Shown: piece after piece, positions 1-12,950 of the stretch | How positions within the stretch are numbered: position 1 is the stretch's first letter | Layout of the letters: each line of letters starts with the position of its first letter | Assembly: GCA_050084515.1 (NCBI GenBank) | Contig: CM114271.1 | Coordinates: 14,818,001-14,882,000, forward strand | Source: Blasia pusilla | Lineage: Eukaryota | DNA: 64,000 nucleotides | Direction: 5' to 3' | Program-made: the position numbers and the translations under genes | Notes under the pieces: generated by a model | What the model saw: only the letters and a program-made list of their open reading frames with translations | Database searches by the model: none | Told to the model about the DNA's origin: nothing

Positions 1-1375
1 CTTGCTTCTCCTATTTTCCTCCATGCTTGCACACCAACAACATCACCTCTTTGGGAACTCTGATCAGGACCCATCGATGGGGTCCTCATCGCCTCAACAA
101 CGTAAAAGACTTAGGAAGCCTGGTCTATTTCCTGGCTTTCCCTCTCTGTGGATCCAACTCTGCAGCTGCTCCACGTGTAACAACAGCGGCAGCTTCCAAT
201 TGGACATTCACGCACATCCAACCAGGATCCTCCATATCTCTGGATGCTCCATAAGACGTTGATGCCACTGATCCGGCATCGAGTAACGGCAATTCCATAG
301 CGGCAATCTGCTACTACAATTGCTGTATCTGAGAAGCCATCCCATCCTCACGCTCGGCCTCTTCCTTGACGCATCTAGGTGGTGGAACTCTACCTCCTCC
401 AAGAGCAACTCAACCACCCTCTTGGGCAAATCCAACTCCTCGTCCCTCAACAAGACCACCTGGTGCACAACCTCTAGTCCCACTTGGACCGGCAACTCGA
501 TCTGATGCCCTCTGTGGCCCTCGATTTGGACTTAACTCGGGATGTAAGCTGAAAAATTGTGCACGTGTATGACCATACCTCTGAAAATAGTCACACTGAT
601 AAACTCTTGGTGCAGCCCCATCTCCTCCTCCATGATGAGGCACGCGTCCACTACCATGACAAGTGCAATCGCGTTGGTGATGGGCTCAACCACATGCCCA
701 ACAATTAATCGTAGACGGCTGCTACTGAGTCGCATATGAAAGCGCAGGTCTCTATGGCACGACCTCCCGGTATCCTCCCTGAGCTCGTGGTGCCACAGAC
801 CTCTCTCAAAATCCATGTTGCTACACCAGTGGTGCAGGCAATCCTAACTACTCTTGCCCAGAACCCATGGTGGCTACGCTCTCCTCCGCCATGTTGCGCT
901 CAATGTTCTCGGTGGTCATAAAAACATCTATCAAGGTAGGTGAGATGTGCATAAGAAGTACCCCATCCCTCACCCGTTTCCGTAGGTCTCAGTCCAACAT
1001 CGTGTACCATGCCCGAATAGCCTGGGACTCTCTCACCCCCTGGATGACGCTAATCAACCGGGGAAAGCAAGTGTAAGCCTCACGCAAACTCTCACCCAGT
1101 CGCCTCTAGAAGTTGAGGATGCTCCGCAACGTCTCCATTCATACCCCCTGATAGCTCGTCCGCAACTCTGCAAAGAACTCAACCACGGGGCTGAATCTAG
1201 GACAGACCCGATTGGACGATGCAACTGCGCCAATTCGAGTTATCCCTCCTAAAACATCACAAGTGGAAGAGGAAGTAGCCTCTCTTGACTCCTCCTCCTT
1301 ACCTAGAAATGGCTCAGTCCATGCGGCACTCAATCTACACTCCCTCTCACTAAGGCGTGTACTGTGCGGCAACAA
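1..1375 (-). pseudogene. Degenerate Ty3/gypsy gag region (runs off the window start)
   Basis: Minus-strand translation gives a CCHC zinc knuckle CWACG*AHHQRDC (~660-700) and a decayed second knuckle CDYFQRYGHTRAQ (~560-600). Many stops. Lies back to back with the pol starting at ~1717. Confidence 0.6.
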
Positions 1376-1716
1376 ATGGCGTGGTGCGGTATATCAGAGA
1401 TTGTCCTATCATCTCATCAACAGAACATACCCTCAACTCTGGACATCCCACACATGTCTATGTCCCCTAAACCCATACATCAACGATGCTCTTAGCATCT
1501 ACACAAAACCCAATATCCCAAAATAACTACCCAATACCTGGAATTTCCTCACACGTGCAGGGCAAAAGCCAGAATGGATAAAGTGAACAAATATTGATGT
1601 TGCTCCTCAGCAACTAAAAATCTCAACCCCAACTTGGTCGTGAAGACAAACTCCTCCAATCAGCAAGTCTTACTCCTCTGGTATTGACGATGTTCAAATC
1701 TCCTCGATGTGCGGTG

Positions 1717-4536
1717 CGACGGATGTGCGGGGATTACCGACCTATCAATCGACAGGCGAAGTCGGATCGATATGCCATGCCTACTCGTGAGGAGATCTTT
1801 GATACATTAAGGCATGCAAAGATTTTCAGTACTTTAGATCTTCGTGCTGGCTATCATCAGCTTCCTATCAGGTTTGAGGATAGAGAGAAGACAACATTCT
1901 GGGGGATAGATCCATTCGGGAGAGATTGCTTGTATCAATGGCGGTTCTTACCATTTGGGTTGAAGAACGTATCTGCGGAGTTTCAAAGAGTGATAGATAG
2001 GATTTTGGTTGGCTTGGATTTTGTATGGTGTTACATAGATGATATTCTTATCTTCAGTTCCACGGTTGATGAGCATGAGCGACACATGGAGGAGGTGTTT
2101 CACAGATTGCAGTTACATGGACTAAAGTTACATCCATGCAAGTGCATATTCTTTCAGTAGGAGATTAAGTACTTGGGACACACCATTTATCCGACTAGAT
2201 TAGGTGTTCAACAGACAAAGGTGGAGGCTATTGGGAAAATTCCATGCCCTACAGATGTGAGTCAAGTCCGAGCATTTCTGGGACTGGCAAACTTCTATCG
2301 ACGATATGTCAAGGGTTTCAATGCGATCGTGAAGTCTTTGACCTTGCTGACGAGACTTGATCAAGTTTGGTTGTGGGGAGATGATGAGGAGCGAGAATTT
2401 CAGGAGCTCAAGGACAAGTTGACATCCTCACCCATTTTATAGAGACCGATTATGGGTCACCCATTCCAGTTGCATACGGATTGGAGCATGTTGGGTGTAG
2501 GAGCAGTGCTTACTTAGAGGGATGTCGAGGAGAGGGAGTTCGTTGTGGCTTACGCAAGCTGATCAAACAACATTGCAGAGGCAAAGTACAACTCCTACGA
2601 GGGAGAGTGCTTGGTTGTAGTGGGGGCCCTGGCACATTTCAGGTGCTATCTATTTGGAAACCCTTTCACACTTATCACTGATTATCATCCGTTGAGGTGG
2701 TTGATGGAGTCCGAAAAGCTTACGGAAAAGCTTGCCAAGTGGGCTCTATTGCTACATGAGTATGAGTTCGAGATGGTTCAGAGGCCAGGTTGGCTCAACC
2801 AGGAAGCGGATGGGTTGAGTCGTAACCCATGTCCGAGTCAGAGAGATGAAACATGAGCTCGATGGCACCGAGAGAGTGATGAGGAGATGGTGTCCGGTTG
2901 GCATGCATGTGCCTATCTTTGTTGGTTGACTATGGCAGGTCAACCGTAGGCGGTGACTCTAGTGGTGAGGTTGGATGATGAGTCTTTGGATCCGGAGGTC
3001 AGTGAGGAGATAACAGGTGGTTGTGATATCCATGACGACGTGGAGGTTGTGGAGCTCTTGCGTATTGGCGTCATAGCGAGCACAGTGAGTGCTAGGGAGC
3101 AGGATCGGATCCTACATAGAGCCAGGAGGTTCAGGTGGGAGGGGACTCACATTTTGCAGGTATGGGGAGATGGTAGGATACGGATGGTACCTCATCCTTC
3201 CCAGCGAGCACGTGTAGTGTGACATGCCCATGAGGAGTTTGGGCATTTTGGAGTAAAGCGTACTTACAGCTTACTTCAAGTTTAGTATAGGTGGCGCGGC
3301 ATGCATACTGGGATACAGCGGTTTGTGGCCAGATATATGGTATGTGACCAAGTGCGAGCATCCTTCAATGCTCCCACTCCGCATTTACATCCTTTTCCGA
3401 TTATGGGTTTAGGTTATCGGTGGAGTTTAGACTTAGGGGAACCTTTGGCATTGACGGGGCGTCATCATAGGTACGTGTTGGTCATGGTGGAGCATTTCTC
3501 CAAGTGGATAGAGTTGGTGGCACTACTCGACTAGGCGAGCGAGGGAATAGCTTATGCATTTCTAGATCGTGTGCTTAGTCACTTTTGTGCACCGGCGGAG
3601 GTGTTGACTGACCAGGGTACCGAGTTCAGGGGAGATTTCACCCCTTGTATGATCATGTGTTGATAGATCACCGCACCATGTCCAAAGATCATCCTGAAGC
3701 AGATGGGTTGGCGGAGAGAGTAGTACAGACGGTGAAGAGAGGATTGCGCAAGTATGGCTTGCAGCGGAGACAGTTGAGGGAGTGGGACCTACACTTGTCA
3801 TGGTTGGCTATGGGTTATCGCTTTAGTTGGCATGCATCCTTGGCGTCATTTTCACCGTACTTTTTGCTCTTTGGGAGAGAGCGAGATTTACCTACAGCTA
3901 TTTGACATGACATGGCAGAGGTGTTAGATCTTGATGATCCAGATGTGTGGATACAAGCGTGTTCTCAGAGGGCGGAGATTTTTTGTAGAGTTATGCCCAT
4001 GGCTTTTGAGAACTTACCTATTGCTCAGCATAGGGATACATTAAGGTAAGCGACCATTTGTGGAGGAGGTTATCATCAAGGGATTAGGAGGTTTCATCCT
4101 AGAGATTACGTGTGTTTACAGCATGCGGCACCCACGATGCTAGATGTCACTGCAAGGCACACGATCCTACGTGTACGCGAGGTATTACCGACCAGAGTCC
4201 TTATGTTGGAGGGACGGGATGGTATCATTTGGAAGGATCATGCGCGCAATTGTGCACTATGTCACCTTTCGAACGTGGACGGGATGGGATGGTATCGTTT
4301 GGAAGGATCATGTGCGCAACTGTACGCTATATCACCTTCCGAACGTGGACGGGATAGTGGATCCGAGCTTGGCAGTGGTACCTGCAGGCTTGAGGTGTAT
4401 GTTGTGCAGATCTGCGAGGGGTGCAGCCACCATGTTAGTATGTGATGGTTGTTCTCGAGGGTGGCATATGCCATGTGTGACCTCCCACCTTGATGTAGTT
4501 CCCACGGGACGATGGATATGTCTGAGATGTGTATAG
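1717..4536 (+). pseudogene. Degenerate Ty3/gypsy pol: RT-RNaseH-integrase with a C-terminal PHD finger
   Basis: RT motifs RMCGDYRPIN, FSTLDLRAGYHQ, LPFGLKN, YIDDILIFS. RNaseH motifs LHTDWS, FTLITDYHPLRWL. Integrase GHFG..RT, C..C remnant, VEHFSKW, TDQGTEF, HPEADGLAERVVQT. PHD CMLC...MLVCDGCSRGWHMPC...WICLRC. Several stops and frameshifts. Confidence 0.93.
4216..4355 (+). repeat. 70-bp tandem duplication inside the integrase C-terminal region
   Basis: GGTATC(A/G)TTTGGAAGGATCATG...GAACGTGGACGGGAT occurs at 4221 and again at 4291. It shifts the reading frame. Confidence 0.9.
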
Positions 4537-4601
4537 GGTAGTAGGTCATGTTAAGGAGATCTGATATTTTGGGGGATCCAACTGCCAGCTAGGGGGGCGG
4601 T

Positions 4602-5352
4602 TGTGTGAACTCCATGTATATGCATGAGTTGATTTATGTACATGTGTGGATCTATTCGTGTGTGGGGAAGATCGGTGTCGTGTGATATGGATGTGACCAG
4701 CGATGTATGTTGTGTAGCGATTTGTATGCGCACGACAGCTATCACATCTGAGTAGCCGATAGGCCGAGATCTATCGTGGATAGGGCATAGGAGCCAGCGG
4801 ACTGTCTTGAGTGCAACTTTGTCCCGAGGTGTTGGATGAGATTGAGGATAGGTCCGTTGTGTTAGGAACGTCGTTTCTGAAAACTTTCTTGTTGAGGTCT
4901 TTCACAGTCGAGTGACTTGTTGAGCAGGTCATCCGCCCTTGATAACCTGTGCGCATAGGTTACCAGAAGGATAGCTATTTTTAGGGGAAGAGCCTTTTGG
5001 CTCTTCCCAACCCTATATACGGCAGGAAGATGGCTTTCCCAAGCCATCTTTCTCATGTTGGGCCGTTGGAGCACCTCTCTTGTTTTGTGTGAGATAGGAC
5101 CAAGGTGCTAATGTCTGGATTTCCTGAGAGCACAATGTGGACGAGGCTCGATATGCCGATGTAGATTGAGGAGTGGAGTTTTAGGCCGGGTGTGCCATTT
5201 TTGCTACTCTTTTTTTTTTGTGATCTCCATGTATATGTATGAGTTGATTTCTATACATGTGTGGATCTACCTGTGTGTGGGGAAGATTGATGTTGTGTGG
5301 TGTGGATATGACCAGCGATGTATGTTGTGTAGCAATTTGTATACACACGACA
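4602..5352 (+). mobile_element. 3' terminal repeat region of the PHD-gypsy element, arranged B(4602-4737)-A(4740-5218)-B(5219-5352)
   Basis: PPT-like AGGGGGGCGG at 4591-4600 directly precedes block B. B (~135 bp, ending ...CACGACA) is repeated at 5219-5352. A starts TATCACATCT, matching TGTCAC(A/G)TCT at 7171 and 33580. Confidence 0.8.
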
Positions 5353-6082
5353 CGGCACTGGTTGTGGCGGCGGCGGCGGCAAACACCGACGGCGATATGG
5401 ACGGCGATGGAGACGGAGACGGTGACGGCACTGACAATGATGGTGATGGTGCGGACGGTGATTGGGAAGGCGCCGTCGATGGTGGCGATTGGTTTAGGGT
5501 TTGACGATTTTTAACCTAAAAATTGTCTAGTTATGGTAGTTTGCAAAATTTGCCATACCTTTCTACTCACAGCTCCAAATTGCACACCGTTTGTTCCACA
5601 GCGTGCACAGCTTCCCGATCTACAACAAAGTCAATTTGTTTTCCATTGGAAATTCCAAAAAAATGCAGATGAGGATTGTGGTAAAGCCCTTCAATCTGCT
5701 CTCCTACACAAATTTTGGCAGCACTTCCGCATTGATTTCTCCCGACGAAAATTGAAAACTTGTTACAAAAAAAATCAAAGAGCTACATGGTGCTCCCAAG
5801 AGCACCGGCATGGAGCAACCTGCCCCCATACTCAATCTCTAATGAAAATTGGGCAGCGCTTCCGCACGCCACTCTCTTGTACGAAAAATGAGCAATGAAA
5901 AACAGCAAAATGAGCGGCTCTTGCTTCCGTGAGCACTCCCATGAGCCATTGAACAAGGAACACGGTCCCCAACTTGCACCAATAGCCAGTGACTAGCAAG
6001 CTTCTCCATTTAAGCTCTCTCACTCCATCATTCTCTCTTTGTAAATCAATCAAATCTCTCACAACAACAAGCTCTCCATGGT

Positions 6083-6226
<144 letters not shown>

Positions 6227-6244
6227 CACATATGATGGCATAAG

Positions 6245-6281
<37 letters not shown>

Positions 6282-6428
6282 GCCTCTCTCTCCACGTTGA
6301 TCATCAGGCACTCAGGTTGGTACACTTTGCTCCTTGGCTAGATAGGGTTACACCTATGGAGTGCATCACGAAACTTGGAGCTACGTCATTTGGATATGAA
6401 TTAGAACATGATATTTGCTTGATTTACT

Positions 6429-6624
6429 TATGATGTCATTTTTGTATTGAAAAATTTTATGTAGAAAATTTGATGCATATAATTGGCATGGAAATTTTAT
6501 TGATATAAAAAATCAATATGTATTTGATGTACCTATGATGTCATTTTTGTATTGAAAATTTTTCTGTAGAAAATTTGGTGCATATAATTGGCATGGAAAG
6601 TTTATTGATATAAAAAATCAATAT
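6429..6624. repeat. AT-rich tandem duplication, ~105-bp period
   Basis: TATGATGTCATTTTTGTATTGAAAA...TATAATTGGCATGGAAA..TTTATTGATATAAAAAATCAATAT is present twice. Confidence 0.85.
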
Positions 6625-7170
6625 CAAAAAAATATTTAATTGATATCAAATCAATATGAAAGTTAGCGCTATCATTTCATGTTCAAATTATATCAAAGTT
6701 AACACCCTCTAACTTTTGTGATATGGTCTCTCCCAACGACCTCTCTCTTACTAAGTCTTATATAGCGCTCAATATGCCTGGCCAATTTTAAAAAAAATGT
6801 AGGTGAGGTGTGATAAAGAAAAATCGGCAAATTACACTCCAATGCTCCATACCATGCTTGGACCGTCTAGGCTTCAATCAGTCCTTGAGTGATGTTAATC
6901 AATTGTGGCATGTAAACGCCTTGCATAGACTTTCTCCAATCTGTCAATGGAATTCATTGATGGTCTTCAACTTCTCAATCCATACTTTGTGGTAGTTGTC
7001 AGCTCCACAAAAAACTCAACCATACGAACTTGACTGGATGATGCAATTGCTCAGGCATTATTCACTCTTCCTTGGGCCTCACTACTAGTCACTAGTAGCA
7101 AAGGAGGTAACCTCTCCCATATCCTCCTAATCATTTATAAATTGCTCTATCCACGACAAGTAGTGTGGAT

Positions 7171-7823
7171 TGTAGTAAAGTGTCACGTCTTTTAGGATAG
7201 ATCGGTGAGATCTAGTAGAGAGCCTCCGCGAGTAGTGGAGGACAGGCTTAGGAGGTCGAGGATGACCTGCTGAGGCCCCGGGAAACTTGAGAGACTAGGT
7301 TTCCCCTTCATTTCGGCTCATTTAGAGCCATATTGAGGAACTTACTATTTTAGATAATTACTATTTTGAGTATATGGTCGACTTTCTATTTTTGTTAAGT
7401 AGCCCTTGACCTCCTACATCAGGTCAAGAGCCAAGGAGATGACTTAGGAGCATAGGTTACCATGGAGAGAGCTTGGGAGAGGAAAGGGGTATACCTCAAG
7501 GAGATAGAGCTTGAGAGCTCATTCTCTCTTTGTTGAACCTCTTGGCACGAGGCAGCGGAGCTATGGTCCCTTGCCTTGTGAGTGTAACCCAAGCCTCTCA
7601 TTAGGAGAGTGGGTTTGGTTTGACATTGAGAGAGATATATGAGAGTGCACAGATGTGAGAATTATGATGTTGTGAGAGAGATTGGATTTTATTTTATTGG
7701 AGATATTTTGGTACTTCTTGTCTCGTTGTTTGGATGCCATGAGTTAGCATGGGATCGTGCGTGTTTGTGTGTGTGTTCGATGACAGTGATGTATGTTGTG
7801 TAGCGATGTGTATGCGTACGACA
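7171..7823 (+). mobile_element. Solo terminal repeat (A+B) of the PHD-gypsy family with 4-bp TSD
   Basis: Starts TGTC and ends GACA (inverted termini), flanked by AAAG on both sides. 7698-7823 is nearly identical to the reverse complement of 56877-57002. 7171-7630 aligns with 33580-33995. Confidence 0.85.
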
Positions 7824-9975
7824 AAAGTCTCAAGGCCTTAATTTTTGTTGGAAAACTCGTTGAGCACTCGTGGTAGTTATTCATCACTATGACATTGCTG
7901 CTCCAAAAGCTAAAACACGCGTTTCCATGATGTAAAGGGTTGAGCGCCCGAGGGTTTCTCACCCACTTGGAGACACACCAACTTTGAAACTTTGAAACTT
8001 GATGGCTAAAGGGAGGCTTAGAGAAACTCATTTTTCTATTATTATTAAACTTTCCAAGCAAATGTTAGGGAAGGGTGTTATCAAAGATACGGTAGTCATG
8101 TATTCCCTCTCATTGGGGGTGGATTTGGCTTTTTTTTAGTGATTCAAAGAGTAATGTGATTCCCAATTGATTATCATTGCATGACCTCTCATGTGGTGGT
8201 GTATGTGAAGTGTTATGTGTTAAATTAATCAACAATTTGTGCATTATATATGACAATTATATATATTGTGTGACGAGGTATATTCCCTAGACATACTTGA
8301 CACGGGATTCAAATAATCATCAGATTGTTGTGAGTGGTATGATATTTTATGAAAAATCTATTCTTGAAGTGATTTGAGATAACAAAGAAATGAACAAATT
8401 ACACATCATAACCTTGAGACTTGAGGATGGAGATTTCTCAAATAATATTGAATAAAAAAATACATGATAAATTACAGCTTGGAAAACCAAGATAATTTAC
8501 CACAAAAACCAAGAGATTCATGACGTTTTCTATAATCAACTTTCCTTCGAGATGTACCTTCACCACTCAAGGCTGGCCTAGTAGATATTCTAAGGGCATT
8601 TGTGTGGTTTAGGAACTCGCAAGATGCCAACGTAGGGTCCAAACTAAACTATTAAAGTCTCTTTTGGGTGGAGGGGTAAAATCGGGGCTTTCTTGTGGAT
8701 GGAGAGCAAAACCGGAGGCCGGGGGTCATACTGCACACGTGTATAGATAGTTGTAACGTCCAGTGCGTGGTTAGTTAGTTCTCATGAACTTAGACCATCA
8801 TTCTAGTGGTGAAGTTATCCCGCCGTTGGGTAGACGTATCTCGCATTACACCCACCATCTCCTATCACATCGATAGTGCATTATCTGGCATCAATTCCAC
8901 TTGACGGCCTACCGTCACCATAACCGAATTTCAACCGCCCAAGGTAGAATCGTGTCACATCTTCTACGTAGGCACGGAGAAAAGACGGGGTAGGTTCGTA
9001 AGGATGGCGGCAGGTGCGTTGGCGTAAAAAATGATCTCATATGCTTCCCAGAGAGCTTTGTGGTAAGCACGTCTAAGGGCCGAATTACATCACTATCCTA
9101 AACTCGACCGGAGGTGGTGGTGACTAGTATTCCGCAAGAGCTTGCAAGCGGTGGAGGATTCATTTCGACCGGGTACTGCGTGGTGTACGAGTCACCATTT
9201 GGGGTCTTGTCCATAGATCAGCTACGGTACCGTCCCGTAGACGGCCGAAGATCACCTGACATATAATTACGACATCCGACCATTCAGGGTCGTCGACACG
9301 CTAGCTAGACATCATCAGCACCCCATAGTTTTGGGCTGACAAAGTTCCACAGACCTCCGCGACTTCGGGTCCATCGGAAAGCAGCCCCGCGACGGGAGGA
9401 CGTAAGTCGGACCCCGGAACGATCGCGGTTTCGGACAGGAGACGTGAGAAATGCGAAGGCAACCTCCACCGCTGGCACTGTACACCTTTCACAAGTATGG
9501 CCTCAATTGAACCGACTCAGACGACTTTCGGGACTCTGCTTTCCGGGAAAAATGCAATTTATGTAAAGAGCACAACCAACCCAACACTGGATAATCAAAA
9601 AAAATTAAAAAAAGGGGTCACTTATACCTCTCTACCATTCCGACTACAGATCTCTACCTGCTCAAGGAGGGCTTTGACGTGAGTAATGTCAAACCTGTCC
9701 GCGATAGATTTTGAACTTTGTATGGTACAAATATTTCTTGTGGATGTGATGCCCCCCCAACTTGGGTGGGAACCCAAGGGAGTCAAAACTGGTCTATTCA
9801 CACATGGACGGAGAATCTTCAATCACGTAAGAGCAACAGCATTTGGGCATGTTACTCGGACCCAGAATGTTGAAATCTGGGTTTAAAACTGCACTAAATA
9901 AATTATGTCCTACTACGTTTCTTCCCTTTGAACTTGTGACACTGTGCTCTGTGGATCTTCCGGCTTCTATTCGCT

Positions 9976-11688
9976 CTAGTTACTCTCGTGGAAGTTCATG
10001 GAACGCGACATCGCTGCCGGGTTGGCATGCAAAGAAGCTTGAACGGCCTGTTGGTCATCATCTGCGGTCCTTTTGCTCTCATTCCTAACTTGGAAAGCCT
10101 TGAATGAGCTGGCGGTGCTCGTGCCCTGTTCAGGTCGAGTTCCATTACCCAGTATCCTCCACACAGAACTAAGGATAGCCTCCTCCGGATCCGCCATCCG
10201 GAGAGATTTCGGTGTCCACACAGCCCCATCCGCCCTGCCAACCTCGGCAGCCCGGGAGTGCTTACCAAGTAACTGGGGAGACACAGGTGCGCTCGCTACC
10301 ACACCCGGGCCCGCGCTTGTGCGCGAGGAAAGAGGTGCTCGCAAACTAGGCGAAGTGTTCCCAACCCCTGACGCGATGGCCGGAGTCATTCCCATGGTGG
10401 AGCCCGGACCGGCACTCATGGCCCACGAAGCCATAGCCCAAGGAGGGCACCACCCTGCAGGTCCCCACGCTAAGCCCGGCATTGGCCAATGGACTCCCGC
10501 CCATACGCTGGCAGCAGAGCCGTTCCACGCAGTGACACCGCCGGGAGGAGGGGGCGGGATGGCAGCGCCCGCGGGAGGTACCCCTCCGGCACAAAATGGA
10601 GGCCCGTTCCAGCCCACGTTGTAGGCATACGGAGGCCATCCACCGTTGAAAAACCCATAAGACCCCGTGGACGGCCCGGGGCCCGACGGGCAGGGAGGGC
10701 CCCCGCTCGCCCATTCACCGGGTGCCGCTCCAGCTACTTGAGTGAAATCCGGACAGGCTCCCGGTTCCCCTTTGATGTCATGAAGGCCGGCTCCTCCCGG
10801 ATGAGTGGAACACGGCGACTCGTCTCTCGTCGTCTGCCATACGGCGCCAGAAGTCCCTGCGCTCACATCCCGCATCTCAATGTTGGCTACTGTCGAGCCG
10901 TCGCCGAACCCCGTAGTCGCCAAATCCCGCACCCTCTTGCCGGCCTCGCTAGAAGTGCCACTATCCGTCAAGATGCATGCCGTTTCCACGGAGGAAGGCA
11001 TGCGCATGAAGGGTAGGACTCCTGACGGGTCGGAAGACGTCGTGACAGCCATCCTCATCACACCGGGCTGTTTGGCAGCGCAGCTAGCCCCCACCGCCGT
11101 CTGGACAACAGATACTTGCATCGGCATCGGTCCTGCGACGCCCTTCGGCACGATCAAAGGCGTCGCAACATCCGCTGCATCACTGCGGACAGCGCCCACT
11201 TCCGGAGTCTGCCGCCTCGGGGCAATAGTACTCCCGTGCTTGTTTTTGCGACGACCTGCTCCCACGGGCACATTACGGAGTGTACCGCCTGCTGTCCAGT
11301 ATCGTTGACAGTGCTTGCAGAAGTGGCGAGGTTGATTTACGTTGTAATTGTTATAGTAGCAGAACTTAGTTTCCAGACTATGGCAGCGAGGGCACGCTAC
11401 CGCCTTGTCCGGACGTCTAGGAGTTTTGTCTTCCTTGCAATCCTCACCCCCTTCGCTCTTACTCCGAGCTCCTTCATCTTCTTCGCTGTCATCGTCATCT
11501 CCAGCTCCTTCGCCGGCCGAAGCTGCTGCTTTCTCTTCTACTCCAGGACGGTGAGGGGATCGGCAGAGTCTTTCTTCATCCCCGCAGTTGCTCACAGACG
11601 GGCTCAAATCAGGCAACGACCCTGCTGGGCAATTCGCTCTCGGCCTCAGATCGCCATTTTCACTTTCAACTACATTCTCTGTCACTTC
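9976..11688 (-). CDS. CDF: Dof zinc-finger transcription factor, CYCLING DOF FACTOR-like, exon 2
   Basis: Dof domain [53 protein letters not shown]-type C-terminal motifs [24 protein letters not shown] and [17 protein letters not shown]. Acceptor is a polypyrimidine tract plus TGCAG ending at 11689, phase 0. Confidence 0.96.
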   Translation of the reverse strand, partial: EVTENVVESENGDLRPRANCPAGSLPDLSPSVSNCGDEERLCRSPHRPGVEEKAAASAGEGAGDDDDSEEDEGARSKSEGGEDCKEDKTPRRPDKAVACPRCHSLETKFCYYNNYNVNQPRHFCKHCQRYWTAGGTLRNVPVGAGRRKNKHGSTIAPRRQTPEVGAVRSDAADVATPLIVPKGVAGPMPMQVSVVQTAVGASCAAKQPGVMRMAVTTSSDPSGVLPFMRMPSSVETACILTDSGTSSEAGKRVRDLATTGFGDGSTVANIEMRDVSAGTSGAVWQTTRDESPCSTHPGGAGLHDIKGEPGACPDFTQVAGAAPGEWASGGPPCPSGPGPSTGSYGFFNGGWPPYAYNVGWNGPPFCAGGVPPAGAAIPPPPPGGVTAWNGSAASVWAGVHWPMPGLAWGPAGWCPPWAMASWAMSAGPGSTMGMTPAIASGVGNTSPSLRAPLSSRTSAGPGVVASAPVSPQLLGKHSRAAEVGRADGAVWTPKSLRMADPEEAILSSVWRILGNGTRPEQGTSTASSFKAFQVRNESKRTADDDQQAVQASLHANPAAMSRSMNFHESN

Positions 11689-12815
11689 CTGCATTGAGGA
11701 AGTAAGAAAAAAAAACAGTTAGTTTCCAAGACTACCTTCCACAGTCCCACCCAAAATTCAACCATCAACTGCAGGTCCAGACAAAAGTTATTAAGTGACC
11801 TTCCATATAACATCTCGGATTGTTTTCCAGAAACTCACTACGACCCTACGTCATTGGATACGGTTTAGCATGCACCGAATAGTGGGGGACTAAAACCACA
11901 CTATGAAGATCGAGCCAAAACACTTCGGATTCGGGTCTCGATAGTGATACAGCGTCAACTTAAGTAACCAAGCGACATGGCCAGGTTAACTGGTTCCCCG
12001 AAAGATGGTATCCACCCACGAAGATACTCATCTAAGACTCATCGGAAGGAAAGAATGGAGAGAGATGGGGCAACTGATGGCTCACAAACGAAGGCAATGA
12101 ACTACACACAAGGATCAGATCACCGGGCAGCAATTGACTATGAGTTCAAGATGGCTCCAGACGGGTGAAAGCAATGTTGAGCTCGGAGAGTCGGGATACT
12201 TCTAAAACGGTCCAACATAAATCCTACTGGATCTTGACAGACGAAAGCACGAGCGAACATTGGAGCTTATACGAACCAGTGCTCGATAGGAAACGCACGA
12301 GCCCTACCACATGAGACGATGGAAAGTTATGTGTTTATCATACTCCGTACACTCCAGGAATACGATCTGAAGTCCTAATAATACTCTATCATCCTGCGAG
12401 GGTAGTTTCGCGCACCCTCTCCAAAGTGGCTGAGATGGAAAAGTATCAAACCAATCCCCGCTCGAAGCAGACATCTCCACCTTGACCACATAGCTTAAAA
12501 ACGAGCAGCCGAACCAACCAAACCGTTGGTTCACGCTGTTGAAATCAAGAGGTAGGCTTCCAAGTAGGGCGAAATAGCTACAATGTAAAAAGGTTGATGT
12601 CCACTGACCAAAAATTACCGTCTTCGTAATTTTAGCGAAGGTGGCCAGACCTAATTCCGTATCTAGACTCACCATCTCCTGTCTACAATGTGATACCGAG
12701 TCGTCATGGCCATCAACAGTCAACGGCAGCTACAACTTTCAATTTTCATTTCCTCCCACGGACGATATTGCGTCACGAGTGTGGAACGCAGCAAAACAAT
12801 ATGCGAGTACAAAAC
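11689..12815 (-). other. Intron of the CDF-like gene (1127 nt, GT-AG, phase 0)
   Basis: Donor CAG|GTTTTG at 12816/12815. Acceptor TTTTTTCTTACTTCCTCAATGCAG|GAA at 11689/11688. The join keeps the frame. Confidence 0.8.
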
Positions 12816-12950
12816 CTGAGATGAAGTCGCCAAATCTCCCCAACCTCCCGTGCTCGTAGTAATAGCTCCCTCATGTCCCTCATCCTGCGAAGATGCTGAA
12901 GTAGTGAAAGCAATCGTCTGACCAAAGAGCTTCATAGGTGGATCCATCAT
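12816..12950 (-). CDS. CDF: CDF-like gene exon 1 (45 codons)
   Basis: MMDPPMKLFGQTI matches the N-terminal DP.IKLFG..I TOPLESS-binding motif of CDF proteins. Splices in frame to exon 2, giving 615 aa. Confidence 0.88.

Noticed and set aside
5360-5505. DGDG-rich ORF and GGTTTAGGGTTT telomere-like motif
   Set aside because: A degenerate trinucleotide tract and a single telobox-like unit, not a telomeric array or a supported gene.
10073-11697. Several 170-190 aa plus-strand ORFs
   Set aside because: Antisense shadows of the GC-rich Dof exon with no domain signal. An antisense RNA cannot be inferred from the sequence alone.
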